DNA of 64,000 bases, taken from positions 84,676 through 148,675 of the forward strand of contig CAMCVW010000002.1 of NCBI GenBank assembly GCA_945881915.1, written 5' to 3'. The notes under the pieces were generated by a model. The model did not search any database. It had not been told where the DNA came from and saw nothing but the letters and a program-made list of their open reading frames with translations. Below are positions 1 to 8,035 of this stretch, in pieces (positions within the stretch are counted from its first letter, which is position 1; each line of letters begins with the position of its first letter). The DNA is from Thermoflexus hugenholtzii JAD2. Lineage in GTDB: Bacteria; Chloroflexota; Chloroflexia; Chloroflexales; Roseiflexaceae. The translations under genes and the position numbers were made by a program.

Positions 1-632
1 ATGAGATTGAGTTGCTTCATGGAACTGACTGCCGCACTGAGCGTTGCTCCGTCAATGAGGTCCTGCTTTGCCGCGGTAGTGATGATACCAGTACCGAGCG
101 GTTTACTCAGTAGGATGCACTGACCTTCGGTGATGTTGCTTTTGATTGCCATTTTGTCGGGATGGACAAAACCGGTCACGCATAGACCATATTTCGGTTC
201 GCTATCCGTAATGGTGTGTCCACCGACGACCACTGCACCGGCGTGTTGGATGGCATCGATGCCGCCCTGCATAATCTGCTGGATAATTTCGACCGGCAAA
301 TCAGCGGGCATGGCTGCGATTGCCATTGCCATGGCTGGTTCGGCCCCCATCGCGTAGATATCCGAAAGTGCATTGACTGCTGCAATATAGCCGTAGTCAT
401 ATGGATCGTCGACGATGGGTGGAAAGAAGTCCACCGTCTGCACCAGCGCTTGTGTGTCGGAAATTCGGAACACTGCTGCATCATCGGCTTTGTTCAACCC
501 GACGAGTACCTGCGGATGTGAGCCGAATCGGAGCCCATGCAATAAATTTATGAGGACGCCCGGTCCCATTTTTGCAGCTCAGCCTGCACTGCTGGCGAGT
601 TGTGTGAGGCGTATTTGGTTGCGCAAATCCAT
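1..632 (-). CDS. selD: Selenide, water dikinase (selenophosphate synthetase) SelD. N-terminal ~210 codons; the gene runs off the window start. In-frame UGA at 579-581 read as selenocysteine.
   Basis: Hand translation of the minus strand from ATG 632-630 (AAAGGA 8 nt upstream) gives MDLRNQIRLTQLASSAG-UGA-AAKMGPGVLINLL..VGLNKADDAAVFRISD..VQTVDFFPPIVDDPYDYGYIAAVNALSDIYAMGAEP..VVGGHTI. The UGA aligns with Cys17 of E. coli SelD (GAGCGCK) and the Lys at +3 is kept. The gene is absent from the ORF track because of the UGA and the open 3' end. Confidence 0.85.
531..581 (-). promoter_or_regulatory. UGA(Sec) codon plus candidate bacterial SECIS stem-loop
   Basis: In the mRNA, a lower stem GAGC-UGCAA (580-572) pairs with UUGCA-(UGG bulge)-GCUC (542-531). 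An apical hairpin GGGAC-CGGGC-GUCCU (567-553) starts 11 nt after the UGA and has a G-rich loop. The layout resembles the E. coli fdhF SECIS, but the fold was done by eye only. Confidence 0.45.
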
Positions 633-729
633 CTGCACGTCCTTTCGATGGTTTTATTATATTCCATATATGAGAAAAGCATCGGGAATGCAGTACAATA
701 TGGCTACCAAAACACAAAAGGAGTCCACG

Positions 730-2325
730 ATGCAAGCAGTCATTTCGGGACCGGAACCGATTGCCGTAGAAGCAGGCGCACAGGTCTTGCGGCGCGGCGG
801 CAATGCAATTGATGCGGCTGTCACTTGTGCATTTGTGCAGGGCATCGTCAATCCACAAATGTGCGGAATTGGCGGATATGCATTGGCGCTGCTCCAAAAA
901 CCCGGCGAAGCACCAGTATTGCTTGATGCTCCCGCGTTGGCAGGGTCTTTGGTCACACCTGATATGTGGGTGGATTCATTCATTCGTCTTAGTCCCGATG
1001 GATGGGGTTATTTTTTGCAGGGCAAGGTCAACGACAAAGGATACACATCCATCTGCACACCGGGCACGGTCGCAGCCCTTGATACGCTGTTGCGCCGCTA
1101 TGGCACGTTGAGCTGGGCAGATGCGATAGCCCCTGCCATCGAGACAGCAGAGCGCGGGTTTATGGTAGATAGTCATCTGGCCTCACGCTGGAAGGGCCGC
1201 AATAAATATCCCGAACAGGTCTCGATGACCGAATATATCACCTCCAACACAGAATCATCGCGCATATATTTGCGTGATGGGCACGTCTACGACGAGGGCG
1301 AGATCCTCAAAAACCCCGATTATGCACGTACACTCACACACCTCGCAAAACACGGAGCGCAAGACTTTTATACGGGCGAATTGGCTGACCGCATGAGCCG
1401 CGACTTGTCTGCTAACGGTGCTTTTGTGACCGCAGCCGATTTACGAGACTACCGGGTGAGTGACGAGCATGTGGTGACAGGTACCTACCGTGGCTACGAA
1501 ATATCGACATCCCAAGCACCCCATGGCGGTCCAACGGTCGTCGAGATTTTGAATATTCTGGAAGGGTTCGACATAGCCAGTCTGGGTCACAATAGCGCCG
1601 AATACATCTTTTTGGTGGCGATGGCAATGAAGGCTGCCTTCACCGATCGGAATGCGCACTTAGGTGATCCCCGCGCCGGGAATGTACCCGTGCAGTGGAT
1701 GACTTCCAAAGCGCGTGCGGCAGAATGGCAAGCGCATATTCGTGCCGAAAAACCCATTACCACTGGGGATACGCCAACGACTGCGCCCGATACAACACAC
1801 ATCAGCGTGGTAGATCGCAGCGGCATGGTGGTTGGTTTGACGCATTCATTGGGGATGTCATCGGGAGTCATCACGCCAGGTTTGGGCTTTATGTATAACA
1901 ATTCGATGGTGAACTTCCATCCATTCCCGGGCCACCGCAATTCGATTGCCCCGCGCGTCGGGCGCACGACGGGAATCGCACCGGTGATTGTATCCAAAAA
2001 CGGGAAGCCGATTTTGATTGTTGGTGCACCGGGAGCATCGCGTATCATCACCGCGGTGTTACAGACAATTGTGAACTTCTTGGACTTTGGGATGAGCATA
2101 AGTGATGCAATCGCAGCGCCGCGCTTCGATTGCCAAGGCAATAACATAGTGTGTCATGGGCGCATACCGGAGTATATCTGTGCAGAAGTACGCACCAAGC
2201 ATCCCATCAGCAGACTGCCGCAGAGTCACGGTTCAATGGCCCTGGTGCACGCAGTGTCTATGCGTGACGGAGTTTTGCAGGGCGGTGCAGATCCCGGGTG
2301 CTCAGGTGTCGCATTGAGTGTGTAG
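730..2325 (+). CDS. ggt: Gamma-glutamyltransferase family protein, no obvious signal peptide
   Basis: Track ORF 415..2325. Start chosen at ATG 730 (AAGGAG 7 nt upstream); 688 and 700 are alternatives. Motifs: GAQVLRRGGNAIDAAV, and PDTTHISVVD carrying the catalytic Thr of autoprocessing GGTs. Confidence 0.85.
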   Translation: MQAVISGPEPIAVEAGAQVLRRGGNAIDAAVTCAFVQGIVNPQMCGIGGYALALLQKPGEAPVLLDAPALAGSLVTPDMWVDSFIRLSPDGWGYFLQGKVNDKGYTSICTPGTVAALDTLLRRYGTLSWADAIAPAIETAERGFMVDSHLASRWKGRNKYPEQVSMTEYITSNTESSRIYLRDGHVYDEGEILKNPDYARTLTHLAKHGAQDFYTGELADRMSRDLSANGAFVTAADLRDYRVSDEHVVTGTYRGYEISTSQAPHGGPTVVEILNILEGFDIASLGHNSAEYIFLVAMAMKAAFTDRNAHLGDPRAGNVPVQWMTSKARAAEWQAHIRAEKPITTGDTPTTAPDTTHISVVDRSGMVVGLTHSLGMSSGVITPGLGFMYNNSMVNFHPFPGHRNSIAPRVGRTTGIAPVIVSKNGKPILIVGAPGASRIITAVLQTIVNFLDFGMSISDAIAAPRFDCQGNNIVCHGRIPEYICAEVRTKHPISRLPQSHGSMALVHAVSMRDGVLQGGADPGCSGVALSV

Positions 2326-2351
2326 GTCCCGTTATTCACCGAGGAGGGTGT

Positions 2352-4025
2352 ATGTATGATTTGACTTCGGCGTCTCTGCCGGTGTTGGCAAACACCCCTC
2401 TCCGGGTGTTGCGCTGGTGTATGGAACAAACGATTTTACGGCGTTTGATTGCTCCTGGGTTATTGAAGAGTGCCGGAGTGGCGACGTACCGCGCATCTCA
2501 TGATTCAATCGGCGCAATGGTAGAGCCAGACATGTCAGGCTGGGAGCTCCTCCCAATGGCAATGCAAGACGTGTTGCCAGGAGTACCACGCGGTGAAACA
2601 CTCGGTTTTTCGGAAGGAACTCCCTCTCGTGACATTGCGAGCCTGCATGCTCAGTACGTGGCAGGGTCGATTACCCCCACGGCGGTCGCACAGGCATGGA
2701 TTGCGCTTCGCCTGGACCCACAATATCGACGCTTGAATGCATTCATTGCGTATGACGACGCACAGTTGCTCCGTGACGCGGCTGCGTCGACAAATCGGTA
2801 TGCGCAAGGCACGGCGTTGGGAGAACTCGATGGTATACCTGCGTCAATCAAAGATGAATTTTCGGTCGAAGGATATCGTACCGGTGGTGGCACCTCGTTC
2901 ATCGGTGTAGGGAAGACATTCCAAGACGCAACTGCTGTTGCGAGACTACGAGCTGCAGGTGCACTCATCGTTGGCAAAGGCCAAATGCACGAAATTGGGC
3001 TTGGCGTTGTTGGGACGAATCTGACCTATGGGCCGGCGCGCAACCCACATCAGAGTGCACACACTGCCGGTGGCAGTTCTGGTGGCGCTGCAGCAGCGGT
3101 GGCCAGCGGTATGGTGCATATCGCGCTCGGTGCAGACGGTGGTGGTTCGATTCGCGTGCCTGCAGCGTTCTGTGGAGTCTATGGTCTCAAACCCACGTAT
3201 GGCAGAATATCGTCTTTTGGCAGTGCGGGGGTGGTCTGGAGTATGTCGCATCCCGGTCCCATTGCAGCAACCGTGCGTGACACAGCGCTCGCATATGTCG
3301 CCATGGCTGGCGCCGACGAAGCAGATGCCGCGAGTCTGCGACAACCAGAAGTGGTGGTGCCAAAAATCGGCAAACGTTCCTTGACCGGTGTACGTATCGG
3401 GTACATGCCAGCCTGGTTTTCGCATGCGGACGAAGAGATCGTTGCCCGCTGTACCGAGCAATTAACGCTTCTGCGTGAGGCAGGTGCAACCATCGTCGAG
3501 ATCGAAATTCCCAACCTCGAAGCTGCCCGAGTTGCCCACACCATTATCATCACGACCGAAATGCTCCACGGGCTGGGTGACACACTCATCCGAAATCAGG
3601 CAGGACTGACAGACGAAACCCGCTTATCACTGGCACTCGCCCGTGAATTTACCAGTGCGGACATTGCCCACGCACAACAAACACGGGCGAGTTGTATCGC
3701 TTCACTCCGTACTCTCTTCCAGAGTGTCCACTGTATTGCGTCACCTACGTCGGGACTCGTCGCGCCGCCGATCGTCGATACGACCTTACCGCAAGGCATG
3801 AGTGATTTGGGGAGTACATTCGAAATCATGCGCTACGCATTTTTGGCGAATCTGTCGGGGCTGCCCGCGCTGAGTATGCCCGCAGGCACTACCGAAGCAG
3901 GGCTGCCGATTGGTTTCCAACTGATGGCCGGACCGTGGCAAGAAGCATTGTTGCTCGAGATTGCCGGTGCCATTGAAGGGCAACGTCCGCAGCAACAACC
4001 GGCTCACTTTTTTCGGTTGCACTAA
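2352..4025 (+). CDS. Amidase-signature family amidase (GatA-like)
   Basis: Track ORF 2298..4025. ATG 2352 is preceded by GGAGG. Amidase signature GGSSGGAAAAVASG and KDEFSVEGYRTGGG. Confidence 0.8.
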   Translation: MYDLTSASLPVLANTPLRVLRWCMEQTILRRLIAPGLLKSAGVATYRASHDSIGAMVEPDMSGWELLPMAMQDVLPGVPRGETLGFSEGTPSRDIASLHAQYVAGSITPTAVAQAWIALRLDPQYRRLNAFIAYDDAQLLRDAAASTNRYAQGTALGELDGIPASIKDEFSVEGYRTGGGTSFIGVGKTFQDATAVARLRAAGALIVGKGQMHEIGLGVVGTNLTYGPARNPHQSAHTAGGSSGGAAAAVASGMVHIALGADGGGSIRVPAAFCGVYGLKPTYGRISSFGSAGVVWSMSHPGPIAATVRDTALAYVAMAGADEADAASLRQPEVVVPKIGKRSLTGVRIGYMPAWFSHADEEIVARCTEQLTLLREAGATIVEIEIPNLEAARVAHTIIITTEMLHGLGDTLIRNQAGLTDETRLSLALAREFTSADIAHAQQTRASCIASLRTLFQSVHCIASPTSGLVAPPIVDTTLPQGMSDLGSTFEIMRYAFLANLSGLPALSMPAGTTEAGLPIGFQLMAGPWQEALLLEIAGAIEGQRPQQQPAHFFRLH

Positions 4026-4030
4026 AAAAT

Positions 4031-4056
4031 CCCCCAGCCGCGTGCGCGGCTGGGGG
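4031..4056. terminator. Bidirectional intrinsic terminator hairpin between convergent genes
   Basis: 10-bp perfect stem CCCCCAGCCG / CGGCTGGGGG with a 6-nt loop. It is flanked by AAAAAAT upstream and ATTGTTG downstream. Confidence 0.7.
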
Positions 4057-4069
4057 ATTGTTGGGGGCA

Positions 4070-4759
4070 CTACTTCGCATAGAGCGTGGTTATCTCGGTC
4101 GCACGATTTGCCAGCGTGCGGGTAATCCATGCGGCGAGTTCTGGGTGTTCGAAGGTCTTCGCAGCGTTGATTTTATCGAGTACCTGGGAGTGATGCAACA
4201 TTTCTTGCCGGAGTTCCTCGATGGTCGTTGCGCTGCTTTGGCTCGGGGCAGTTGCTGCTTGGGCAGCAGGATACCATTGTGTTTGGAGTGCTTGAATGGC
4301 ACTCAACTCCGCGGAGCGCGTCGCTGCAATTGCTTGGGCAGCACTTTCGGTTGTCCCAAGTGCCGTTGCACTGCGTTGCTCATCCAGGAGCATCATTTGG
4401 AGGTGTTGCATGATTTGCTCATCGCCAGCAGCTTGTGTGTTGCCTTGCTCGTCCATCATGCCGCGTCCACCATTCCCATAGCCATCCATCATGCCATTGC
4501 CGCGGCCACCATTCCCATAGCCATCCATCATGCTATTGCCTTGACCGCGGTGGCGCGTGCCGTGCATTCCACCATTCTGATGCATCCCGAAGCCGCGATC
4601 CATGTGTCCGCCCATCATGCGTGCACTGTGTGTCGGGAGGGACACCAATCCCGCACTGCGGGCGATCATGAGGCCACCCATTGTCAAGCCGCCGGCAATC
4701 ACCAGTGCTACCCCGGTGATTCCTATAATACGTACCCAATCACGTTTCTTGGTTGTCAT
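4070..4759 (-). CDS. Membrane-anchored Met/His/Gly-rich protein with a C-terminal helical DUF305-like repeat; possible metal (copper) binding
   Basis: Track ORF 4070..4771. ATG 4759 is preferred (GAGGA 5 nt upstream). It has an N-terminal TM helix and the segments MMGGHMDRGFGMHQNGGMHG and 2x MMDGYGNGGRG. The C-terminus has M-x-HH and (H)PEL..EI patterns reminiscent of DUF305. Confidence 0.55.
   Translation of the reverse strand: MTTKKRDWVRIIGITGVALVIAGGLTMGGLMIARSAGLVSLPTHSARMMGGHMDRGFGMHQNGGMHGTRHRGQGNSMMDGYGNGGRGNGMMDGYGNGGRGMMDEQGNTQAAGDEQIMQHLQMMLLDEQRSATALGTTESAAQAIAATRSAELSAIQALQTQWYPAAQAATAPSQSSATTIEELRQEMLHHSQVLDKINAAKTFEHPELAAWITRTLANRATEITTLYAK
4467..4540. repeat. In-frame 39-nt tandem duplication: two 35-nt cores, 1 mismatch
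   Basis: CCACCATTCCCATAGCCATCCATCATGC(C/T)ATTGCC occurs at 4467-4501 and 4506-4540. It encodes the duplicated 13-aa unit GNGMMDGYGNGGR. Confidence 0.9.
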
Positions 4760-4779
4760 ATCATTCCTCACAATTCTTG

Positions 4780-4980
4780 CTAGACTTCGGATGTTGTTGG
4801 TGCGACAGACTGCTCGACCGGCGCAACCGGTGTGGCAGGGGCATGGACCACGAGCGGCGTACGCAAGCGATCGACAAGACGGATGAGTGCCCAGATTGCC
4901 AACAGGAGCAAACCGATACGAATGGCTCCGGCGGCAAGCATGTGGACAGCGAACACACTAGTAGAAGCGGTCATATACAT
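4780..4980 (-). CDS. Small hydrophobic protein (one TM helix), immediately upstream of the Met/His-rich protein gene
   Basis: 66-aa ORF containing AVHMLAAGAIRIGLLLLAIWALI. AAGGAG lies upstream; ATG 4974 is the better-spaced start. The stop is 8 nt before the next gene's GTG. No family was recognised. Confidence 0.4.
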   Translation of the reverse strand: MYMTASTSVFAVHMLAAGAIRIGLLLLAIWALIRLVDRLRTPLVVHAPATPVAPVEQSVAPTTSEV

Positions 4981-5107
4981 CTCCTTCTGAAACTTTCCTA
5001 CGTCCTCACTATAGTCTTCTTAGTTCAATGGTCTATGCGGAATGCGGTCAAGATTTGGTCAAGAGTCGTGCCGGGCTCTCATCATCAGCTTATAGGAGGA
5101 GTATCCT

Positions 5108-6121
5108 TTGACCATACATGCATATCGCGACGTTGCCCATCTGGATGCCACAAAATCACTCCGTGCAGCTGCACAAGAAGACCGTTGGGAAGTACATCCA
5201 CACTGCTCCATCGATCGCGATACCTTTCGCCTCGGAGTGACGGCGATCCAATCAGACCTGGGGGAAGGATGTGCAATGCAGGCCGCAATGGTGTTGTATC
5301 TGCAGAGCAAAGAACTATCGGCGTTGCGGCACTTCTTCCCGATTATTGGTTGGCTCGACGGTCCCGGCCGGGAGCGTTGGGCACATCTCTATGCAACATA
5401 CCTTGTCGATTTCCCGCTCCGCATTGAATTCATCGACAGAGAGCGCAGACCGGCTCCGCTCGCAGTGCGCACCATGGTGGTGGGACAGCTCGTCTCGTGT
5501 TTTGTCTACCGCCCCGATGTATTGGCAGCATTTCGCACCACGCAGCCGACATTTTCGATATGCGCAGACAATCGTACCTATACGCGGGTGGGCGGAGTTG
5601 GGGGTGGGTGTTATGACGAAACTGCGCATCAGATGATATTGGAAGTATCGCGGCTGTTTGAGGGGTATTGGCAGCCAACTCCGGGAGTCAGCCCGTTCCT
5701 TCATGAATTGGGTCATATGCTCGACGGCGCACAGCGTCGCCTGACACACGGTCATGCATGTGTCGGCGAACTCCCAGCGATGGATGATGTACAACGTCTG
5801 GCGTGGCAATCGGGCAAACGTGTCGAAGTGCAACACTACCGGCGCTACCAGGAGGTAGGAATTGTGGTAGATAGCGCCCCACTGGGACATCCCTACGTTT
5901 TTCAAACAGATGGAGAATTTTTGGCGGGATATTGGGAAATGTTCTGGCGCAATCCGCATGCATTTGCCGCACACAGCCCCGTCCTGTATGCGGGACTTGT
6001 GTCGTATGTGGAGCATGACCCACGCGTATACACGACGGACTACAGTGGTTACGTGACGGGCAATCGTGCCTTCTATGCCCGTGGAGAACGAGCGTGGGCC
6101 AGTCAAATCAGGATTTCATGA
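5108..6121 (+). CDS. Zinc metallopeptidase, MtfA/M90-like
   Basis: TTG start with AGGAGG 8 nt upstream. HExxH motif FLHELGHMLDG, followed by GEFLAGYWEMFWRNPHAF..PVLYAGLVSYVEHDP, which matches the MtfA-type C-terminal pattern. Confidence 0.6.
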   Translation: MTIHAYRDVAHLDATKSLRAAAQEDRWEVHPHCSIDRDTFRLGVTAIQSDLGEGCAMQAAMVLYLQSKELSALRHFFPIIGWLDGPGRERWAHLYATYLVDFPLRIEFIDRERRPAPLAVRTMVVGQLVSCFVYRPDVLAAFRTTQPTFSICADNRTYTRVGGVGGGCYDETAHQMILEVSRLFEGYWQPTPGVSPFLHELGHMLDGAQRRLTHGHACVGELPAMDDVQRLAWQSGKRVEVQHYRRYQEVGIVVDSAPLGHPYVFQTDGEFLAGYWEMFWRNPHAFAAHSPVLYAGLVSYVEHDPRVYTTDYSGYVTGNRAFYARGERAWASQIRIS

Positions 6122-6159
6122 CAGGGACGAGTGAGCTTGCATGTACGTGCTATTTAGGC

Positions 6160-7350
6160 TTAATTATCTCGCGGCAACGATATAGTGAAGGTTGAACCAC
6201 GACCCAAACCGTCACTCTGGACGGTGAGCGTTCCGCCGTGGGCTTCACATATTGCTCGTGAGATGGTCAATCCGACGCCGCTACCACCAGTGGTTCGCGC
6301 ACGCGACGGATCGACACGATAGAATCGTTCAAATATGTGCGCGAGATGCTCTGCAGCGATACCGATTCCCGCATCAGTAACGGTAATCCACACGGACTGT
6401 GTGTTGCGTCCTGTTGCGACGTGGATCACAGATTGCGGCGGCGACGCGCGCAGTGCATTCGTCAGCAGATTCAACACGACTTGGACCATCCGGTCTGCGT
6501 CTGCGTTGAGTGGTTCTGATGCGTGCTGATGTGTCACTGCGACAGTAATCTGTGCTTCTGTCGTTTTGCCATCGAGCAGGGTCACCGCACGTGCAACTAA
6601 ATCGTGCATATCGACCGCAGCGGGGTAGAGGGTCAGCGTCCCTGCCTCCGCACGTGAGAGGGCTTGCAAGTCATCTACGAGGCGCTGCATACGGCCAGCC
6701 TCATCGCGAATAATGATGTAGGTTTTTTCATTGGGGAGGACTACCCCATCGATGAGTCCCTCTGCATACCCCCCAATAGACGCAAGCGGCGTGCGCAATT
6801 CATGTGCGACATCACCAATCAGTGCCGCTCTCCGCTGCTCGGCATCTTTGAGCGCCGCAGCCATGTGATTAAACTGTATCGCCAATGCCTGGATTTCGTC
6901 GTTTGCAGAGGGGACTTCGATAGCCTGGAAGTTGCCACCGGCAATGCGTCGGCTCGCGGTAATCAGCCGGCTAATGGGCTGTGAAATCACACGAGCCACG
7001 GTGATGCTGACAACTACTGCAATGACAGTAGACAGCGCACCCGAGATAACGATAGCCATTACCACTGCGTTGCGGTAGATGTTTTCGAAGCGACGCAGAT
7101 TCGTCGATTCACCGGGAAGCATCGGGAATCGCGACTCGGCAAATGGGGCAATACCATCGTTTGGATCGTTCTTTTGCTGGTAATCATCGCCATCGAGGGC
7201 TGCATTTGCACGAAAAACTGCCTCTTCGTCACGGAGTAACCGATCATGCACACGGGGTATGATCAGCATGACGGACAGCATGAATATCACCATCGTGAGG
7301 GCAATAACGAGGAGGTGAGAGCGCAAGATACGAAATCTGAGGGAATTCAT
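6160..7350 (-). CDS. Sensor histidine kinase (TM-HAMP-HisKA-HATPase)
   Basis: Track ORF 6160..7362. ATG 7350 forms an ATGA overlap with the regulator's stop. H-box VAHELRTPLASI and G-box GGSGVGLTISRAICEAHGG. Confidence 0.85.
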   Translation of the reverse strand: MNSLRFRILRSHLLVIALTMVIFMLSVMLIIPRVHDRLLRDEEAVFRANAALDGDDYQQKNDPNDGIAPFAESRFPMLPGESTNLRRFENIYRNAVVMAIVISGALSTVIAVVVSITVARVISQPISRLITASRRIAGGNFQAIEVPSANDEIQALAIQFNHMAAALKDAEQRRAALIGDVAHELRTPLASIGGYAEGLIDGVVLPNEKTYIIIRDEAGRMQRLVDDLQALSRAEAGTLTLYPAAVDMHDLVARAVTLLDGKTTEAQITVAVTHQHASEPLNADADRMVQVVLNLLTNALRASPPQSVIHVATGRNTQSVWITVTDAGIGIAAEHLAHIFERFYRVDPSRARTTGGSGVGLTISRAICEAHGGTLTVQSDGLGRGSTFTISLPRDN

Positions 7351-8030
7351 GCAGATCTCCAACGGTATCCGGCACCACGGACGGTTTCGATGTAACGGAG
7401 ACTGCCGCTGTCTTCGTGGAGCTTTTTACGGGCATTAGCGATGTGGACATCTACGACGTGGTCGTCACCATAGTAGTTCGTGCCCCATACGTGTTCGAGG
7501 AGTTGCATCCTGCTAAACAACCGTCCCGGTGCACTGGCCAGCATGGCTATGAGTTTGTACTCTGTGGCGGTGACCGAAAGAATTTCATCACCGATTCGAA
7601 TGCTCTGCCCATCGAGGTCAATAACCAAATTATCGAATCGCAGCACTTTTGGCTGAGCTGAAGCAGTCCCTCTCGGCCGTCGCAGACATGCGCGTACGCG
7701 AGCGACGAGTTCGCGGGGAGAAAAAGGTTTGGTCAGATAGTCGTCTGCACCAACTTCAAGGCCGACCACGCGATCAACTTCGTCCGCTTTGGCGGTGAGC
7801 ATGATGATGTACACATCTGAGGTGGTGCGTATCCGCCGACAGACTTCGATTCCATCTAGATACGGAATCATCAAATCGAGCACAACCACATCTATTTTCT
7901 GGGTCGAGTGAACTTCCAATGCAGACTTGCCATCGGCAGCCTCGAGCACGATGTATTGTTCTTTTTCGAGATATGCTCGGACAAGGTCACGGAGCGGCTT
8001 TTCGTCTTCGACGATGAGGATAGTCGGCAT
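7347..8030 (-). CDS. OmpR-family response regulator
   Basis: Track ORF 7347..8069. The start MPTILIVEDE at 8030 lies just after the upstream gene's stop at 8036. Motifs VVVLDLMIP and LTAKAD, with a wHTH ending VRGAGYRW. Confidence 0.9.
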   Translation of the reverse strand: MPTILIVEDEKPLRDLVRAYLEKEQYIVLEAADGKSALEVHSTQKIDVVVLDLMIPYLDGIEVCRRIRTTSDVYIIMLTAKADEVDRVVGLEVGADDYLTKPFSPRELVARVRACLRRPRGTASAQPKVLRFDNLVIDLDGQSIRIGDEILSVTATEYKLIAMLASAPGRLFSRMQLLEHVWGTNYYGDDHVVDVHIANARKKLHEDSGSLRYIETVRGAGYRWRSA

Positions 8031-8035
8031 AGCTC

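Noticed and set aside
415-729. Long N-terminal extensions of track ORFs. Examples: 415-729 on ggt, 15559-15723 on glpD, 44075-44296 on the ASPIC gene, 20318-20431 on the acyl-CoA dehydrogenase, 29016-29114 on the Gfo/Idh/MocA gene, 9806-9910 on the M61 gene, and 14207-14245 on the E1 gene.
   Set aside because: The extensions have odd composition and overlap neighbouring genes or intergenic signals. In each case an internal ATG with a proper SD, or an ATGA coupling, gives a canonical family N-terminus.
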